A stretch of DNA of 54,743 nt, filler included, from Basidiobolus ranarum (GCA_040143965.1; 5 parts of 5 records of this genome joined end to end with filler, not necessarily neighbours in it), one strand, 5' to 3'. Counted from the whole stretch's first letter, positions 26,395-40,765 are shown. The notes: a model not told the origin generated them from the sequence alone. Translations and numbers: made by a program.

Positions 26395-27192
26395 TTAAAT
26401 AGCTTGTTTGCTTTCGAAAAAGTTCTTCACGTAGTAGATTTGAAATGCGCACATGGCGACTAATACTCCGGATTGAAATACGTACCACCATTTAACCCTG
26501 GAATTGGTGCTTTCAGCAGCTAGAGGAAAGGATAGCAATATTCAGGTTAACATCTACATCTATATACGTAAGAGTATTATGAATTGCTACTGACTATTGC
26601 GATGATCTACTTCACGAAGAACCACATATTCTTGTTGATCCCTAATATAGTTGACCCCCTCAGTTAATTTAGCTACTTCCACCTCAATTAGGGTTAATTC
26701 ACCTGTCACAGGATAATATTAGTACAGGTCAGTTTCGAAAATACGCTAATAACATTTACCATCATTATTCTCCTTCTCTGGCAAAGGTTGTTCTCTCTCG
26801 AGTCCATGGATATTCCATAAGACTATATTCTCAACCATATTGGAGTCTTCATTCTGGAAACAGTATACGTGTTTTCCAGGTGTAGCTACCTCAATATTAA
26901 CTTGGCCACTAGGCCTATCCTTAAGGTTCTGAAGTACTCTGCCTTGTGGATCCGTCAACTGAATTGAATTAGAAAGAGAAACTTCTGCATTTGTGAAAGT
27001 GGACCTAAATACCTGGAAGTCGACTGCAAAGTGTCCAGCGCCACCAACTTCGAAAGATATGGTTATTTTATCATCTTTTTTTAGCTCTTCAAAGAAGCAT
27101 TCTGCTGATTTTGGTTGCACGTAGATACTGAATCCTGTAACCGTGGCCAGGAAGTATAGGATACTTAATAAAGTGAGGTGAATAAATTTCAT
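26395..27192 (-). CDS. EMP24: p24/Emp24 family GOLD-domain cargo receptor, multi-exon
   Basis: Signal peptide, 'ECFFEEL', 'YVYCF'-like GOLD domain, 'VVREVDHRN|AESTNSRVKWWYVFQ', TM helix and C-terminal 'FFESKQAI*'. Confidence 0.88.
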
Positions 27193-27548
27193 CAACCTTT
27201 TGCGAATAGAAGAACAAGAAACCAAGTGATTTTTATGAGTTTATATTCACTTAGTATTATACTGAGCAATAGATAAAGAAGGGTGGGCGGAAGGTTTACT
27301 TTGTGTGGTTAATGTTAGTAGGGAACTCCCGAATATGAAAGATGCAATGAGGTCAAGGAGTACATGGCGTTTGTATTAATATCGAGGTAAGCCCGACGTA
27401 ATGGTGATGGAAAAATACTGTTGGTTATAAATGTATGCTAAGCCACAAATGATTGGATTATTTTCCCATGAAAAGATGATTTAATGATTTGGACAAAGGA
27501 ATATAATTTATAGATAGTGTCAGCTGCTTCACTGGAGTGAAATCAGGA

Positions 27549-29428
27549 TTATTGAGTTTGTACAAACCAATAATTACTTTTACCACTTCGAAGTACAATC
27601 AGTTTATCTTCCATCAATGAAGATCTCGCTAGTTTTAGTTTGGGATCCTTGACACGCTCACCATTGATATACAATCCACCAGCCTTAATTAGCCTTGTTG
27701 CTTCAGCTATCCAAGTGTCCCAAATTTGACTAGTTTAGTAAATGAAAAGAAGTAGAATGATAGATATGAATTCCTTACATTTGGAGCTACAGGCGCCACT
27801 AGCCACTGCTACTTGAGTAATATCGTTTTCGACAACCAAGGAAGCTTCCAGCTGTTTCAGGCGTTTATCGTTGCTAAAGGCGTCAATGATATCGTCAGCA
27901 CGTATAGATTTCAAGTCATTTCGGAACAGAATCTGAGTGGCAATTTGAGCTCTCTTTAAACCCTCTACTATTTGTTACAAAACAATATCAGACTTGTTAG
28001 TCCAAAGAGCACTTAAAACACGATAAAAACTACACAGGTACCTCCATGAACAAGCTCTGTCACTTCATCGGCTAGCTTTGTTTGACCAAGGTGGGCTTCA
28101 GGTGATTTCTGAAAAATAGAGGTTAAATCATAGTGGAGAGTTCATAACACCAATACGAACAGCTTACCTTATGTTCATGAACAATCTCTTCGATTTCTTG
28201 AGTATTCAAGAAGGTAAATACATTCAGTAACCTTTCTACTTCAGAGTCTGGTGTTTTCATAAAGAACTGAGATAAAAGGTGAGTAGTCTATTATTATACG
28301 TATATCTCTTCTAGAGTCGAACCTGGTAAAAATCAAACAATGATGTCATGTTCTCGTTTAACCAGACAGCATTTCCTGCCGATTTGCCAAACTTTTCTCC
28401 AGTTGAAGTGGTTATTAGAGGCAAGGTGATACCGTAGACATGAGGATCATTGTCGGTAGATTCAAGAGTGCCCAAGGTTTCGTAGTTGTGTCGTTTCTGA
28501 ATGAGATCAATACCCGCGGTGATGTTTCCCCATTGATCTGATCCTCCGAGCTATTAATTGTTTAGAATGGGAAATAGCTGAGAATTTTGTTTAAAGGCTC
28601 ACCTGAATGCTGCAACCGTGTTGTTTGTACAAATGCCAGAAATCGTTTGCTTGAAGCAATTGGTATGAGAACTCTGTAAAGCTGATACCGTGAGAACTGT
28701 CCATTCGTGCCTTAACACTTTCTCGGGCCAACATTGCACTAACTCTAGCGAATTTACCAACGTTAGCTAGGAAATCGATAGCTGTCATTTTCCCAAACCA
28801 GTCAAAATTGTTCAAGATTTGAATATCTTTGATCTTGTCTACACTATCCGAAGTGCCAGTCCTTCTATTAACATATTGCTGTCCTCTATCGAAGAACTTT
28901 TCCAATTGTGCTTTAATCGATGCCACATTATTCCATAAAACTTCGTTATCCAAGGCAGTTCTTTCAGTATTACGTCCACTTGGATCCCCAATAGCTCCCG
29001 TAGCACCACCAATCTAGTTTCAAGTGAAAATTAGAACAGATAGAAATATAGTTGGTAGAGTTCTAACATACCAAAGCTATCGCCTGGTGACCTCTAGCTT
29101 GGAAGTGCAACAGACCCATTAGTGCACACAAATTTCCAATGTGTAAACTCTTTGCTGTTGGGTCAACTCCGCAATAAATAGTGGTAGGTGTATCCACATG
29201 GTTTAAAAGTTTAGGACTTTACCAAGAATATATTAGTTAGGAGGTAGAGTTACTCAGTTTCAAAATATCTAACCTAGTTAACGAAGCCACCAATCCACGA
29301 GTTTGTAGTTCTTTCACCACGTTACTTTTACCCGAAGTTATCTCTGTGGAGTATCTTCGTATCCAACTGTTAACTGTTGGTTTTAGCCCTTTGGCTAAAC
29401 CAGTGAAGGAACTTTTTATTAAGGTCAT
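27549..29428 (-). CDS. MSY1: Mitochondrial tyrosyl-tRNA synthetase, multi-exon
   Basis: '[16 protein letters not shown]' (HIGH), '[17 protein letters not shown]', '[16 protein letters not shown]', '[12 protein letters not shown]', '[14 protein letters not shown]' and an S4-like C-terminus ending [14 protein letters not shown]. Confidence 0.93.
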
Positions 29429-29796
29429 GGTAGCCTAACTTATCACCGTTCAACAAATTCTTCAAATTATTACCTTTCCTAAGGATCACGTGAATCAGAA
29501 AGGAATTGAATTTTTTTGGTGGCGGTCAAATCTCCTTAAAATAGGATGGATACAAAATACTCAAGTAGCATTTAACCAAGATAGTCCCAAATACTATGGC
29601 ATCTTTGAGTCAATAGACTTTATTTTTGTAAATGACTGAAACCTCTTTGTCTCTTATAAATGACCAACTCCGTCTCGTTCATTGGTAATAGGAAACGATG
29701 CTAATCAAGCGTGAAAAAAAGGATTCTTAAAAATACAGGAATTTTCATAAAAAGTAAGAGGGGAAGGAAATACATGTAGTAAAGGTGCGATAACCA

Positions 29797-30156
29797 CTAT
29801 GTATGATGAATATCCTTAACATTGGCGTGGCTTAGTTGCTCTAATTTACGTTTACCTACTCTAAGTAGATACTCAATAGTGGTGAAATCACGCTTAGCAA
29901 GCTCATGCTTTCGAAACTCCATCCTTACGTAGTGTTGGAAATGAGGGCGGTTTTCCTACAAGTAGAGTAAATGAAGTGAGCATGAAATAAATACAGAGCA
30001 AGTATATGTGTCACTTACTTGAGGTTTACTTTTTGTAGCACGAAAACACTCACGATAAAAATTGACTACATCTTGCTGTAAGCCAGAGCGTTTAACTGGT
30101 GGCTGGTGTTGAGCAGAGGCAGCAGAAATTGTGGAGTGAAGGCGCTTGAGGAACAT
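29797..30156 (-). CDS. SDH6: LYR-motif succinate dehydrogenase assembly factor 1 (Sdh6/SDHAF1), 1 intron
   Basis: 'SGLQQDVVNFYRECFRA..KPQ|ENRPHFQHYVRMEFRK...RDFTTIEYLLRVGKRKLEQL'. Confidence 0.85.
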
Positions 30157-30570
30157 GATAATGAGAGGAAAGAGATTGTCATTCAGTTTAACTTATTCGG
30201 TTTACTTCCCAGTTTGATAGAATTTTTTTGGTTAATTGCCGAAATTCATTGATCGGATAAATCACTACCATTATAGGCATTTGGTTTTATAAAGTGAATG
30301 GAAACATGTAATCAAGCCATTACAGTGGAAACACCTCTACACACCATATGTTGTGCTTGAACATAAAGACGTTGTTGTGGCTCGTGTGTATCTTTCACAG
30401 GTTTAGAATCTCACTGACTGAATCAGAAATCACTGCCACTAACCATCTTCAAATGAAAAAAAAACTGGGTTCCCGGGGATCGGGTAAATAATTAGTTCTA
30501 ATAAATATAGTCCAATATTAAATTAGATATCTAGCTCTTTTACTCTAGCTTACCTCTACAACCCTTCAAA

Positions 30571-31170
30571 ATGTCTCACGATATGGAAAGAGTCAAAAAC
30601 TTGTTGAGAGTGATTCCCGACTTCCCTAAGGAAGGAATTCAATTCCAAGACATTTTCCCTGTCTTCCAAGATCCTTTGGCCGTTGAAGCCGTCATCTCCA
30701 ACTTTGTTCAACACATCTTAGCTAATAACGCCAAGAATGTTGACGTAGTTGTTGGTAAGTTCAAGTCGAGTTTTCACAAGTTCTTAAGGATATTAAATTG
30801 AACCTTTATATTGTAACTAGGTCTTGATGCCCGTGGTTTCCTCTTCGGTCCCATGATCGCTCTTCGTCTTGGTGCTAGCTTCGTTCCAGTTCGTAAGGCT
30901 GGTAAATTACCTGGTGAAAACATCAAGGCTATTTACGAGAAGGAATACGGTACCGATGAGTTTGAGATGTCTGTTGGTGCTATCAAGTCCGGGGATAACG
31001 TCGTTATTGTTGATGATTTGATCGCCACTGGAGGAAGTGCTTTTGCTGCTGGTGAGTTGGTTACCAAGAGCGGTGGTAACATCCTTGAATATCTTTTCAT
31101 GATCGAATTAGAGGAGTTGAACGGTGCTAAAGCCTTGAACGCTCCAGTTTACTCTTTACTCAAATTCTAA
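30571..31170 (+). CDS. APT1: Adenine phosphoribosyltransferase, 1 intron (30755-30820)
   Basis: 'IPDFPKEGIQFQDI', 'VVG|LDARGFLFG', 'FVPVRKAGKLPG', 'YEKEYG' and PRPP motif 'VVIVDDLIATGGS'. Confidence 0.95.
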
Positions 31171-31630
31171 GCGTTTGGTAATTGCCGGCTATAAATTCCA
31201 ATAAAGTAATGAAGATAGATAGATTTTCCATATTATTACTAAATCCAGAGTTATGAGTGAATGAATTTAGTGTGTGTGTGACTCTTTGTTTTGTTACACA
31301 CCAAAACAATCCAATCATTTTTACAAACCGCAAATATTCCCAAGACCCAGGCAGAGAGAACTGCTGTTTCCGTCTCCAAATTAATTCGTTAGTGTACTTC
31401 TAACTCTACGAATCAACTGTAACATTTAATTTTATCGTAACAATTCCATCGTTATCAAAAATGCATCCATTAGTAAGATCAGTGAAAATTGTATGAATTG
31501 TTATCTCACTTTTTATTATTCAAAGTCAAATCGATGATAAAATGATGAGATATCTATTAACTAAGTGACAATTCTATACAAGGAGAGAACGGGATGGGAG
31601 AAAGTCATGAATAAATATTGTATGAATGAT

Positions 31631-32827
31631 TTACTTGTAGAGGTTACGGAAAGCGGAGGTGACAGTTCTTTGGAGCTTACGATGACGGGAGGAGATATCA
31701 TCGTTGGAAGCGGTGGAAGCATTAATATCCAACCATTCCATGGCTTCAGAGAGGGCATTCTCGACATTTTCCTTATCACCACGCTTCATCTTCATAGCAA
31801 CGTTCATATCGGAAAGAGAGCTTTCGGTTTGGTAAATGTAGGATTCGAATTCTTGCTTGGCTTGGACACGAGCCTCAGACTTCTTATCCTCATCCTTGAA
31901 CTTCTCGGCATCCTTGACCATGCGCTCAATATCGGCAGCACTCAAACGGCCAGAGCTGTTGGAGATGGTAATGTTAGCCTTGCGACCGGAGGTCTTCTCT
32001 TCAGCGGTAACCTTGAGGATACCATCGGCGTTAAGGTCGAAGGTACATTCAAGTTCGGGAGTACCACGAGGAGCAGGGGGGAGACCACCGAGTTGGAAGT
32101 TACCGAGGAGGTTGTTATCCTTGGTCATAGGACGTTCACCTTCGTAAATAGGGAATTCAACGGTAGTTTGGTTATCGTGGGTGGTAGTGAAGGTCTTCTT
32201 CTTGATGGTAGGGATGGGAGTGTTACGGGGAACAACAACGGCCATGACACCACCTTCCATCTCAACACCGAGGGAGAGAGGGACAACATCGAGGAGGAGA
32301 AGATCTTGGGTCTTCTCGGAACCAGCGGTGTTGGTCAAAACGGCAGCTTGAACAGCGGCACCATAGGCAACAGCCTCATCAGGATTGATGGACTTGTTCA
32401 ATTCCTTACCGTCGAAGAATTCTTGGAGAAGAGATTGGATTTTGGGGATACGGGTGGATCCACCAACAAGGACGATCTCATCAACTTCACTCTTGGCGAA
32501 CTTGGAATCCTTGAGGACCTTCTTAACAGGCTCGATGGTGTTATCGAAGAGAGCGTTGTTCAACTCTTCGAACTTAGCACGAGTGATGTTAGCTTGATAA
32601 TCGATACCTTGGTAGAGGGAATCAATTTCAATGGTAGTTTGAGTCAAGGAAGACAAGGTTCTCTTGGCACGCTCACAAGCAGTTCTCAATCTACGGACGG
32701 CACGAGCATCATCGGAGATGTCTTGCTTGTGCTTACGCTTGAAATCTTGCTTGAAATGTTCAAGAAGAACGTGATCGAAATCTTCACCACCAAGATGAGT
32801 ATCACCAGCAGTGGCCTTGACAGCGAA
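31631..32827 (-). CDS. SSB1: Ribosome-associated Hsp70 (Ssb type), 3' part; 5' end lost at contig end
   Basis: '[12 protein letters not shown]', '[17 protein letters not shown]' and '[33 protein letters not shown]'. The C-terminus lacks EEVD, as in Ssb. Confidence 0.9.
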   Translation of the reverse strand, partial: FAVKATAGDTHLGGEDFDHVLLEHFKQDFKRKHKQDISDDARAVRRLRTACERAKRTLSSLTQTTIEIDSLYQGIDYQANITRAKFEELNNALFDNTIEPVKKVLKDSKFAKSEVDEIVLVGGSTRIPKIQSLLQEFFDGKELNKSINPDEAVAYGAAVQAAVLTNTAGSEKTQDLLLLDVVPLSLGVEMEGGVMAVVVPRNTPIPTIKKKTFTTTHDNQTTVEFPIYEGERPMTKDNNLLGNFQLGGLPPAPRGTPELECTFDLNADGILKVTAEEKTSGRKANITISNSSGRLSAADIERMVKDAEKFKDEDKKSEARVQAKQEFESYIYQTESSLSDMNVAMKMKRGDKENVENALSEAMEWLDINASTASNDDISSRHRKLQRTVTSAFRNLYK

Positions 32828-32927
32828 NNNNNNNNNNNNNNNNNNNNNNNNNNNNNNNNNNNNNNNNNNNNTTAATTAATTAANNNNNNNNNNNNNNNNN
32901 NNNNNNNNNNNNNNNNNNNNNNNNNNN
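32828..32927. other. Artificial contig linker
   Basis: N run with TTAATTAATTAA. Confidence 0.98.
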
Positions 32928-33238
32928 CATCCATCGGAGGTGGCATCAGAGGTGTGTTGGTGCATCCACAATAAATATTGGGTGCTTTACAAGGGTGATT
33001 TACAATGGTGGCCACGTATCAAATATTCAGAAAAAAGCCAGGAAATCTGCGGTGATTCATTCGCTTAGTGATAATAATTTTCTCCGAGTTTTTTTTACCC
33101 TTGAATAGTTGGAGATTTTATTCATGGGATACCGATGGATTTAGATAAAACTCGACCAAGCAACCTATAATTTCTCACAGTTCTTAATTGTTCCCTAGTT
33201 CCCCTTTGGTTCCTTATACTTGTTCCTTTCAGTCCACT

Positions 33239-33658
33239 ATGTCCGTCAAATTATTCGTTGGTTCTTTATCCTGGGGTACTGATAACGAGTCTCTTCGTCA
33301 GAGATTCGAGGAGTTCGGTCAAGTCGAAGATGCCGTTGTCATCCGTGACCGTGAAACCGGTCGCAGCCGTGGTTTCGGTTTCGTCACCTACTCCAACCCT
33401 GAAGAGGCTGATGCCGCTATCGCAGGTTTGAACGAGCAAGAATTTGACGGCCGCACCATCAAGGTTGATCGCGCTTCCCAGCGTGACAACAGCAGTGGTG
33501 GTTTCCGTCCCCGTGGCCGTGGTGGTTTCCGTGGCTCCTTCGGTGGAGGTTATGGTGGTAACAACAACCGTGATGGTCCCCGTGACTACAACGGTGATAA
33601 CCAACGTGAAGGTCAACGTGAAAGCTACGGCCGTAGCGACTACAACGACCGTTATTAA
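33239..33658 (+). CDS. Glycine-rich RNA-binding protein (single RRM, CIRBP/GRP-like)
   Basis: MSVKLFVGSLSW (RNP2), RSRGFGFVTY (RNP1) and an RGG/Gly/Asn-rich tail. Confidence 0.92.
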   Translation: MSVKLFVGSLSWGTDNESLRQRFEEFGQVEDAVVIRDRETGRSRGFGFVTYSNPEEADAAIAGLNEQEFDGRTIKVDRASQRDNSSGGFRPRGRGGFRGSFGGGYGGNNNRDGPRDYNGDNQREGQRESYGRSDYNDRY

Positions 33659-34061
33659 GTTGCCGCTCTACTCCCGTAGTGAAACATCGTAGTTATGTTT
33701 ATTCACTCTCGTCCGAACCTTATATTTCTTCCGTATTTCATTATTATCTTTGCAGCCAACTTTCGCACCCTCTGTATATGTCACCAATCTTATGTTAAGG
33801 TTATTTCATTTCATTTGCATTTGTAATCCCTGTGTTGATTTTAAAAGTCCCGATTATGTTTATCGTTCCGTATGTCATGTGTGTATGCATAGTATCGATT
33901 TTGCTTATACTCTAATTCAATATTTATGATGTAAATTCCGCCTGGACTGTACCAATAAATACCTGATGCCTACCAGATAATACTACATACTTGCCTCTTA
34001 GTTTGAGTTGAACCTTTATTTCAATCAAGAGTAAGATCAATTGATTGCCTCAACTAACGCG

Positions 34062-37000
34062 CTACCAGATTGTACATTTTTTAGGGGGGTTCATTGGTGA
34101 TCCTAAGGGGCATTTAAAGGCTTCAGCAAACTGCTTATTGTTCCGTAGCACACCGTTCACTCGGTGGTTATCTGGCGAGTGAGTATCTATTCGAAGCTAT
34201 TAAAAGTGTTAATAATATATTGACTCAAGTATATCTATACTCCTAGTTACTTTGTGAAGCGATGCGGTATCCTGAATATTGCTACACCACATTCTACCAA
34301 AGGAAATGAAGAACAACTGCTCAGCAGTCATATTCTCTAACCCTGGAAGTTTCGGATTGTTCAACCTATATTTCTTGGGATCTGTGGTGGAGCGTTTCCA
34401 CGCATTGTAGGCTTCGATCACACTGAATGTTATGTTTAGTATACTTCAATAGCATGCTCATATTATGTGTATTTATGTGTATTTATATATTACCCAGCAT
34501 TGTCTGTAAAAGAATGAAACAAATTATTAACATTATCTGATGAAAATGTAACCGAGTGATTGAGGTAGTTACCAGCAATGTTTTCCCCTAGCGTAAGTTT
34601 CGGGTTGATTGGTAGGCTTTGCCCGTTCACTCTGACCTTGAGTTTGGAATACTGAGTGATCAAGCATTCCGTTTTCTTATTGAATGCCTTAATCGTGCTA
34701 TTATCCCACCACTGGTAATCAAAGATTGTTAAGGGGGGAATTTGAATGCAAATCAATGGAGTCTACCACACATACCTGTCGCTGTTTACCAAATTTATCA
34801 AACAAACTACCTTTGTTATCAAACCCATGCTAAAGTGAAACCCATATTAGTTTTGCCTAGAAATATGGCGATAAATGGTTGGTACTGGGGTTAGCACTTA
34901 CTGTAAGTTCATGGCCAACAATTGTTCCGATTGCACCATAGTTAAGATAATCCGGCCTATTAGCGTTATACATTGGTTTCTGCAAAATACCTACAAAGCA
35001 TTACTTTCAATTCTTCGTTGAAACAAACGAGTATTAACTACCAGCTGGGAACTCAATTTCGTTTCTACGATGGTTCTATATCATATCAAGTGGTTAATAT
35101 CTGAATTACAAGTTCATTTCAATGAGCTCGGCTTCTTACGTAAAAAGCATTCACGGTAATTGGTGACTCTTTCCATTCCTCTCGATTAACGGGTTTACCG
35201 ATTCTATCAAAATGCTTCTCAAAGGTCCAGATCCGAAAACGAATGGCATTGCCAAAATAATCGTGGGGATCCACCTCAAGATGTTCGTAGTGTTTTTCCA
35301 AAGACTCAGGTGACATGGTATCTGGGGAGTGAAGGGAGTATCCGATCTTTTGTACTAGGTTGTCGATCTAGTATCACCTGGAATATTAGGTTGATTTGAG
35401 GGAATTAATAAAACTCGTAAAACGAACCTTTTCACTAGCTTGCCTCTTTCCATCACTGTTAAGCCACTCAATGTTAGGTAACCGTTCTTTGAAAGTTCTT
35501 TTGATGTCAGAAATCATCCTATTTGCTAGTTGTTGGCTATTACCTGTGACAGGAAATGGAAGTTTAAGTGTCCATCGAATTTGGAGCGTACAGAAGGTGT
35601 AAAATACCTCCAAAATGCTCCAACACAAAATATCTCCCCAAAATCGGGCCCATAGCCTCGTCTGCCAAGGAAACACACATCTCTGTTCTTGACTCCGTAC
35701 CTTCAGATCCGGAAACCTTCCCTTGAATCAGAGAAAATAGTTTTCGGTAATGATCAGGTAAAAAGCTAATATTTCTAGTAATGATTCTCCAAATCAGAAA
35801 CCCTTGTACAGCTTGGGGACTGGATTTTGCCAAGACATCTACAGACAAATCATGCAAGAACTTCGGAAATTTAACTACCAAGACTGTTGACTCACTGATA
35901 GTGGCATTGGTGTGAATCGGTGCTGTCGTAATTGTCTCAAAAAACAGCTTCCAGTTTATATTCGGAGAGAGCTGGGATAGTGACTCAATGTTGAAAGGAT
36001 TATACGTTACAGACGGATTGGACATTTGCTCCCTTCAAAAATAACCAGTTAGGGTTAGGACGAACGGCAATTAATTATACTTGATACTCACTTGTTCGCC
36101 ATGTGTTTAGATAGTAGTTTTTCGAATTTAATGATGTCGCTCGCCATCTTAGCTATGTTGACTCCTGCGAAGATGTCCGAGTCATGTCCCAAGGCTTTCA
36201 GATCTTTGGATAGCTGTGAAAGTATAGCCATCATAGCAATTTGGTAAACCTGGAGTACCTGAGGTTCGGAATAATACTCCAAACTAGGTAGTCCAAGATG
36301 AGGCTGCATAAGATAAATTGCATTCTCTAGAGGACTCTTTGAATCTGCCTCTACATCCACTCCAAACAGGTGCCATATTCCTTGCTGACTTATTCTTGCT
36401 AAAGCAACGGTAAGTTTTTCAAGATCTATCTTTTTATCAGCTGGAGAAACTGGGAATTCAGTGACCACCAATTTAAGTAAAGGTGTCAAGGGTTTTACTC
36501 CATATTCCTCTATCTTCTTGTCATCTAGACAAGCGCTATAAAATCTACGGGCTTTAGCATATATTTGGCGATCAACTTCAGTGGATGTTGCTAAAACTTT
36601 CGGCTCATTTTCGAGTATTTCCAAAAGTGCAAGCTAAATTGTTTTAGGTAAGATGACCAGACCGAGAATCAAAATAAAGTGACTACTAACTCGATTAAAA
36701 GCATCGACTAATCCAAATACGCTGATAGTGTTGATGCCAGATGTAAGAGCATAGCGTTTCTGCCATCCTCCACCTAATACACAAGGTTAGGACACATCAT
36801 TGCTAGGGTGTATGTGTTTGGAATCCTTACAGCTGTATTTGTAGAAATCATCGCAAGGCTGATAAGATTGATCCAAGTCTTGCAAAATGGCTGAGGCCTC
36901 TTCTTCCAAGCTATCCGAGTCAAATTTTGGTGTCTGCTCCGTGTTAATTCCAATTTATCATGTGGCAGAAGTTAGTAAAATTCCACTAAACCTCATTGTC

Positions 37001-37108
37001 GTCTATCTCCGGAGTAGCAGCTACAACCAATGTCCATAACAATACTACGATAAATATAACAATATTCAATGTATGTCTCCTAAATGGTGACTTAGGGTAT
37101 GTTAACAT
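34062..37108 (-). CDS. M13 family zinc metallopeptidase (neprilysin/ECE-like), multi-exon
   Basis: N-terminal hydrophobic segment ([30 protein letters not shown]), 'PCDDFYKY', 'TVNAFY', '[17 protein letters not shown]' (HExxH), 'TLGENIA', '[13 protein letters not shown]' and 'AEAFKCP..SPMNP..KCTIW*'. The start codon is inferred. Confidence 0.9.
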
Positions 37109-38094
37109 GGCTCTTTAACTTGAGTGGTAGAAAAGAGATTAATATATGATCAAGGTATTCTGTGGGGATTCCGTGGGGATTATATATAATCAATATGATA
37201 CAATGCTGCTTATTTCCGAGAAACGTTTGATACAGAATTCTATCCGAATGCTGGAAAATACCCGGCGTTTGTTTAGAGGTTTTCATATTAACCGATCGAG
37301 TCTGAACCATCTAAAAGTATATATAGCATTCATTCACCAAATAAATTAATCCCCACTCAACCAATAGTTCAAACAACCAGTACAACAGCCCGTGAAAAAG
37401 TAATTGTGCTGGGTTCTGAGAATCAAAGTTGGAGCATTGAGAAGCAGCATGTTAACACGGCTTGCTGGATCTAAGGAGCGATCCAGTAGCACAATATAAC
37501 TCACACTTGTTCCCTTTACCAACTTGGATTGATTTCTCCCAAATACTAATCCAAGTTTAAAATAGTACGACGTGTTAATAGTATGCAAGCTTAACCCAAA
37601 GTATGTATGTTGAAAGGTGATTGAGTCTTCTTTTGTAATTGCCATTATTGGTACAATTCTTAATTCAGGTCAGAACCTTGTGATGAGGGGTTAATCTAGT
37701 GACCCTCTTTCTATTCCAATAAATGGGTTCTTATATCAAATTGGCGTTAATAATATCCAATATATTTTCATATATTTTATTCTTGGAACCCAGGTAGTGT
37801 CTTGGATGATTTCAATTCCAAATCCAACAAAACTCTTATATTCGAGTCGAAGTTTCTTTTACCTCGAATATCCGATTGCTATCCTTAAATTTGCTTATAT
37901 CTTTTTTCTTTGCTTCCACGCTATACTCCTTTATTCACCGAGTAGCACTGATAACAAACTTTAAAAGCTTAACTTGTTCTAAGGTAAGACTTTACATTGA
38001 ACTGGCACTTTCCTCCTCCCCAACAGCTTAAACAAATTCTTATTTCCCATTACTTGGCGATTTCCCCACCAAATCAATTTTTAGTCATCTCGTC

Positions 38095-39407
38095 ATGGGT
38101 TGTTGTGTTAGTCAAGAGGATCTTGATGGTCGTCGCAAAAATAACGAGATTGAGAGTCAGTTAAAGAAGGACAAGGTATCCCAAAGAAATGAAATCAAGA
38201 TGCTTTTACTTGGTACGTTGCACTGCTCTATGAGTTCTTCTATTGTTTTTTAACGCTTGTCAATAGGTGCTGGTGAATCCGGAAAAAGCACCGTATTAAA
38301 ACAAATGAAGCTAATTCATGAAGGAGGTTACAGTGTAGATGAGCGTGAATCTTTCAAGGAAATCATCTTTTCTAATACTGTACAATCAATGCGAGTGATT
38401 CTGGAAGCCATGGAAAACATGAAACTAACTCTGGCCGATGAGAAAAACGCCATGTATGTTGATGTTATTCTAGAGCTTCCTCATCAAATGGAGAGCGATA
38501 CTTTATCACCAGATGTTGCTACGGCAGTCAAAGCTCTATGGGCTGACCAAGGAGTTCAGGATTGTTTTTGCCGTTCGAGGGAATACCAACTTAATGATTC
38601 TGCAAAATAGTAAGACTACTCTGGGAAATTCTTATTCACTATTGAGTATTTAGTAACATTTTCAAATCGTATTATTTAGCTACTTTGACTCTATAGAACG
38701 AATTGCTCATCCAGACTACATCCCAACTGATCAAGATGTCCTGCGATCCCGCGTAAAAACTACCGGTATTACCGAGACTACTTTTCATGTCAGCGATCTA
38801 ACATACCGTATGCTGGATGTTGGTGGACAACGTTCAGAGCGCAAGAAGTGGATACATTGCTTTGAGAATGTGACAGTCATTGTATTCATGGTGGCGATCA
38901 GTGAATATGATCAAACTTTGATTGAGGACGAGAGTGTGGTATGAAGTTACTTTCATGATCTTTATCTAGAACTTTCTTGGCTAAACTATATTCCTACAGA
39001 ACCGAATGCAAGAAGCCCTAACTTTATTCGACTCGATCTGTAATTCTCGCTGGTTTGTCAAGACCTCGATTATCCTGTTTCTAAACAAAATCGACCTCTT
39101 CAGAGACAAACTCATTGCCTCACCCATGCAGCGTTATTTCCCAGACTACACAGGTGCCGTATTCTATTGTACATATGTATATTCCCTCCCCAACATACAC
39201 TAAACGTTATGCTTTACAGGTGGTGAAGATTATGACCTTGCTTGCAAATACATTGAACATCGATTTGTTGCTCTCAACCATTCTGACACCAAGCATGTGT
39301 ATACACACCTTACTTGTGCCACTGATACCCAGCAGATCAAGTTTGTCATGGCCGCAGTGAACGATATCATCATTCAAACCAATCTTCGAGACTGTGGGCT
39401 TTTGTAG
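38095..39407 (+). CDS. GPA1: Heterotrimeric G-protein alpha subunit (group I, Gi-like), 4 introns
   Basis: MGCC myristoylation/palmitoylation start, '[12 protein letters not shown]', 'RVKTTGI', '[17 protein letters not shown]', 'FLNKID', 'TCATDT' and C-terminal 'LRDCGLL'. Confidence 0.95.
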
Positions 39408-40765
39408 AAACCATCTATTTCACATTTATTACCGTAATGGAACACATTCATTTGTGTCCAAGATAATTGAGGTCTGGAAACATCTTGTTTTTGCCCTTCT
39501 TATTTCTTGATTATAGAGAGAAGTGAAAGATTGTCAAATATCTCCATTTTAAATCCCTTCCGCCACTTCTTGAATTTCTCTCAGTTACTTTATCTGCAGC
39601 AATTCCCTCCGTCCTTTTACTTTATCTTTTATCGCACTTCAGTTTTGTCCTCTTTAATATCCCATCTTTACAAAGCATACTAATGTAGTCACCAACTTTT
39701 GCTAAGCAAAACCTCTATTGATAAATTACTGTTGAGAATGATTTACCTAAAACCAACTATCTGTCTTTGTTTAGACAGATACCGAAGTACATGTCCATTT
39801 CGACTTTGTTGCAGTGTCGTGTTAGGACATTTTTCAATCACGAGAATCGCATATATCTAAAAGAACGGTGATTGGCGTTTGGATCCAAATTTCCCTTATG
39901 TAGGTTGACCTAGCATACACTAAGCTTGAGGCTTTCGCTTCAATACAACAGAGTTATTGTGGCGGTAAATGGATGAATTTTCTACTCCGAAACTTTGTTC
40001 TTAAATTCTCGATTGGGTATAGTATAGGAATTATATTCTCCCATTAGCACCATTTATAATCTATTGCATTTGCTTGTTGCACGATAGCTGATTTTTGCCA
40101 ACAATTAATCGATTACTGATAATGTTTGATCGCATATTCGATCATTGATTGATCATCGTTACTCGTGGACCTAGAAATTAGTCGAGCTATTATTCTCTAT
40201 GTCTCAAACCTTATCTGTCTTCCTATCCAATCATCTAGAAAGAATGCATCCCTAGTTGTGTGTTTTTTGAATCACAGCATACAGCATATAGCTCTAAACG
40301 GCAACTCCAAATCGAGCAATGATGGAACAAAAGGAACCGGGTAAAAAAAAGTTGAAACCATGAACAACGCAACTCCCAACACTAAACACTCAATGCATAG
40401 ACTCGTGTAAGCAAGGGACAATATACTCACAAAAGTCTATTCAAATCTAATCTTGAACTGAATCTGTATAACCATCAGCCTCTGGGATGTTGTTGTCAAT
40501 GTTAGAAAAGGATTTGGTTGATTCGTTCGTTTAATCATGTTGTAACCTGTATTGGGTGGTGCTGATTTTACTCAGCATCCGAGACTCAGGAATAAGTAAT
40601 TTCGTGTGTCAATTTGAAGTGTTCTATAAAGACGTGACCCAAAAGAAAGACTAAACCTGATTAATAGGTTGGTGAGAATATTTCATCGACTCGTCCAATT
40701 TCTGTCGACGATTATGCATATAAAAGCTCTCTTTGAATCTATCCTAAGCTTATCAACTTACTATC

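Noticed and set aside
31565-32875. 436-aa plus-strand ORF antisense to Hsp70
   Set aside because: This is the well-known shadow ORF produced by strong codon bias in Hsp70 genes (often mis-annotated as NAD-glutamate dehydrogenase). It has no independent support and runs into the linker.
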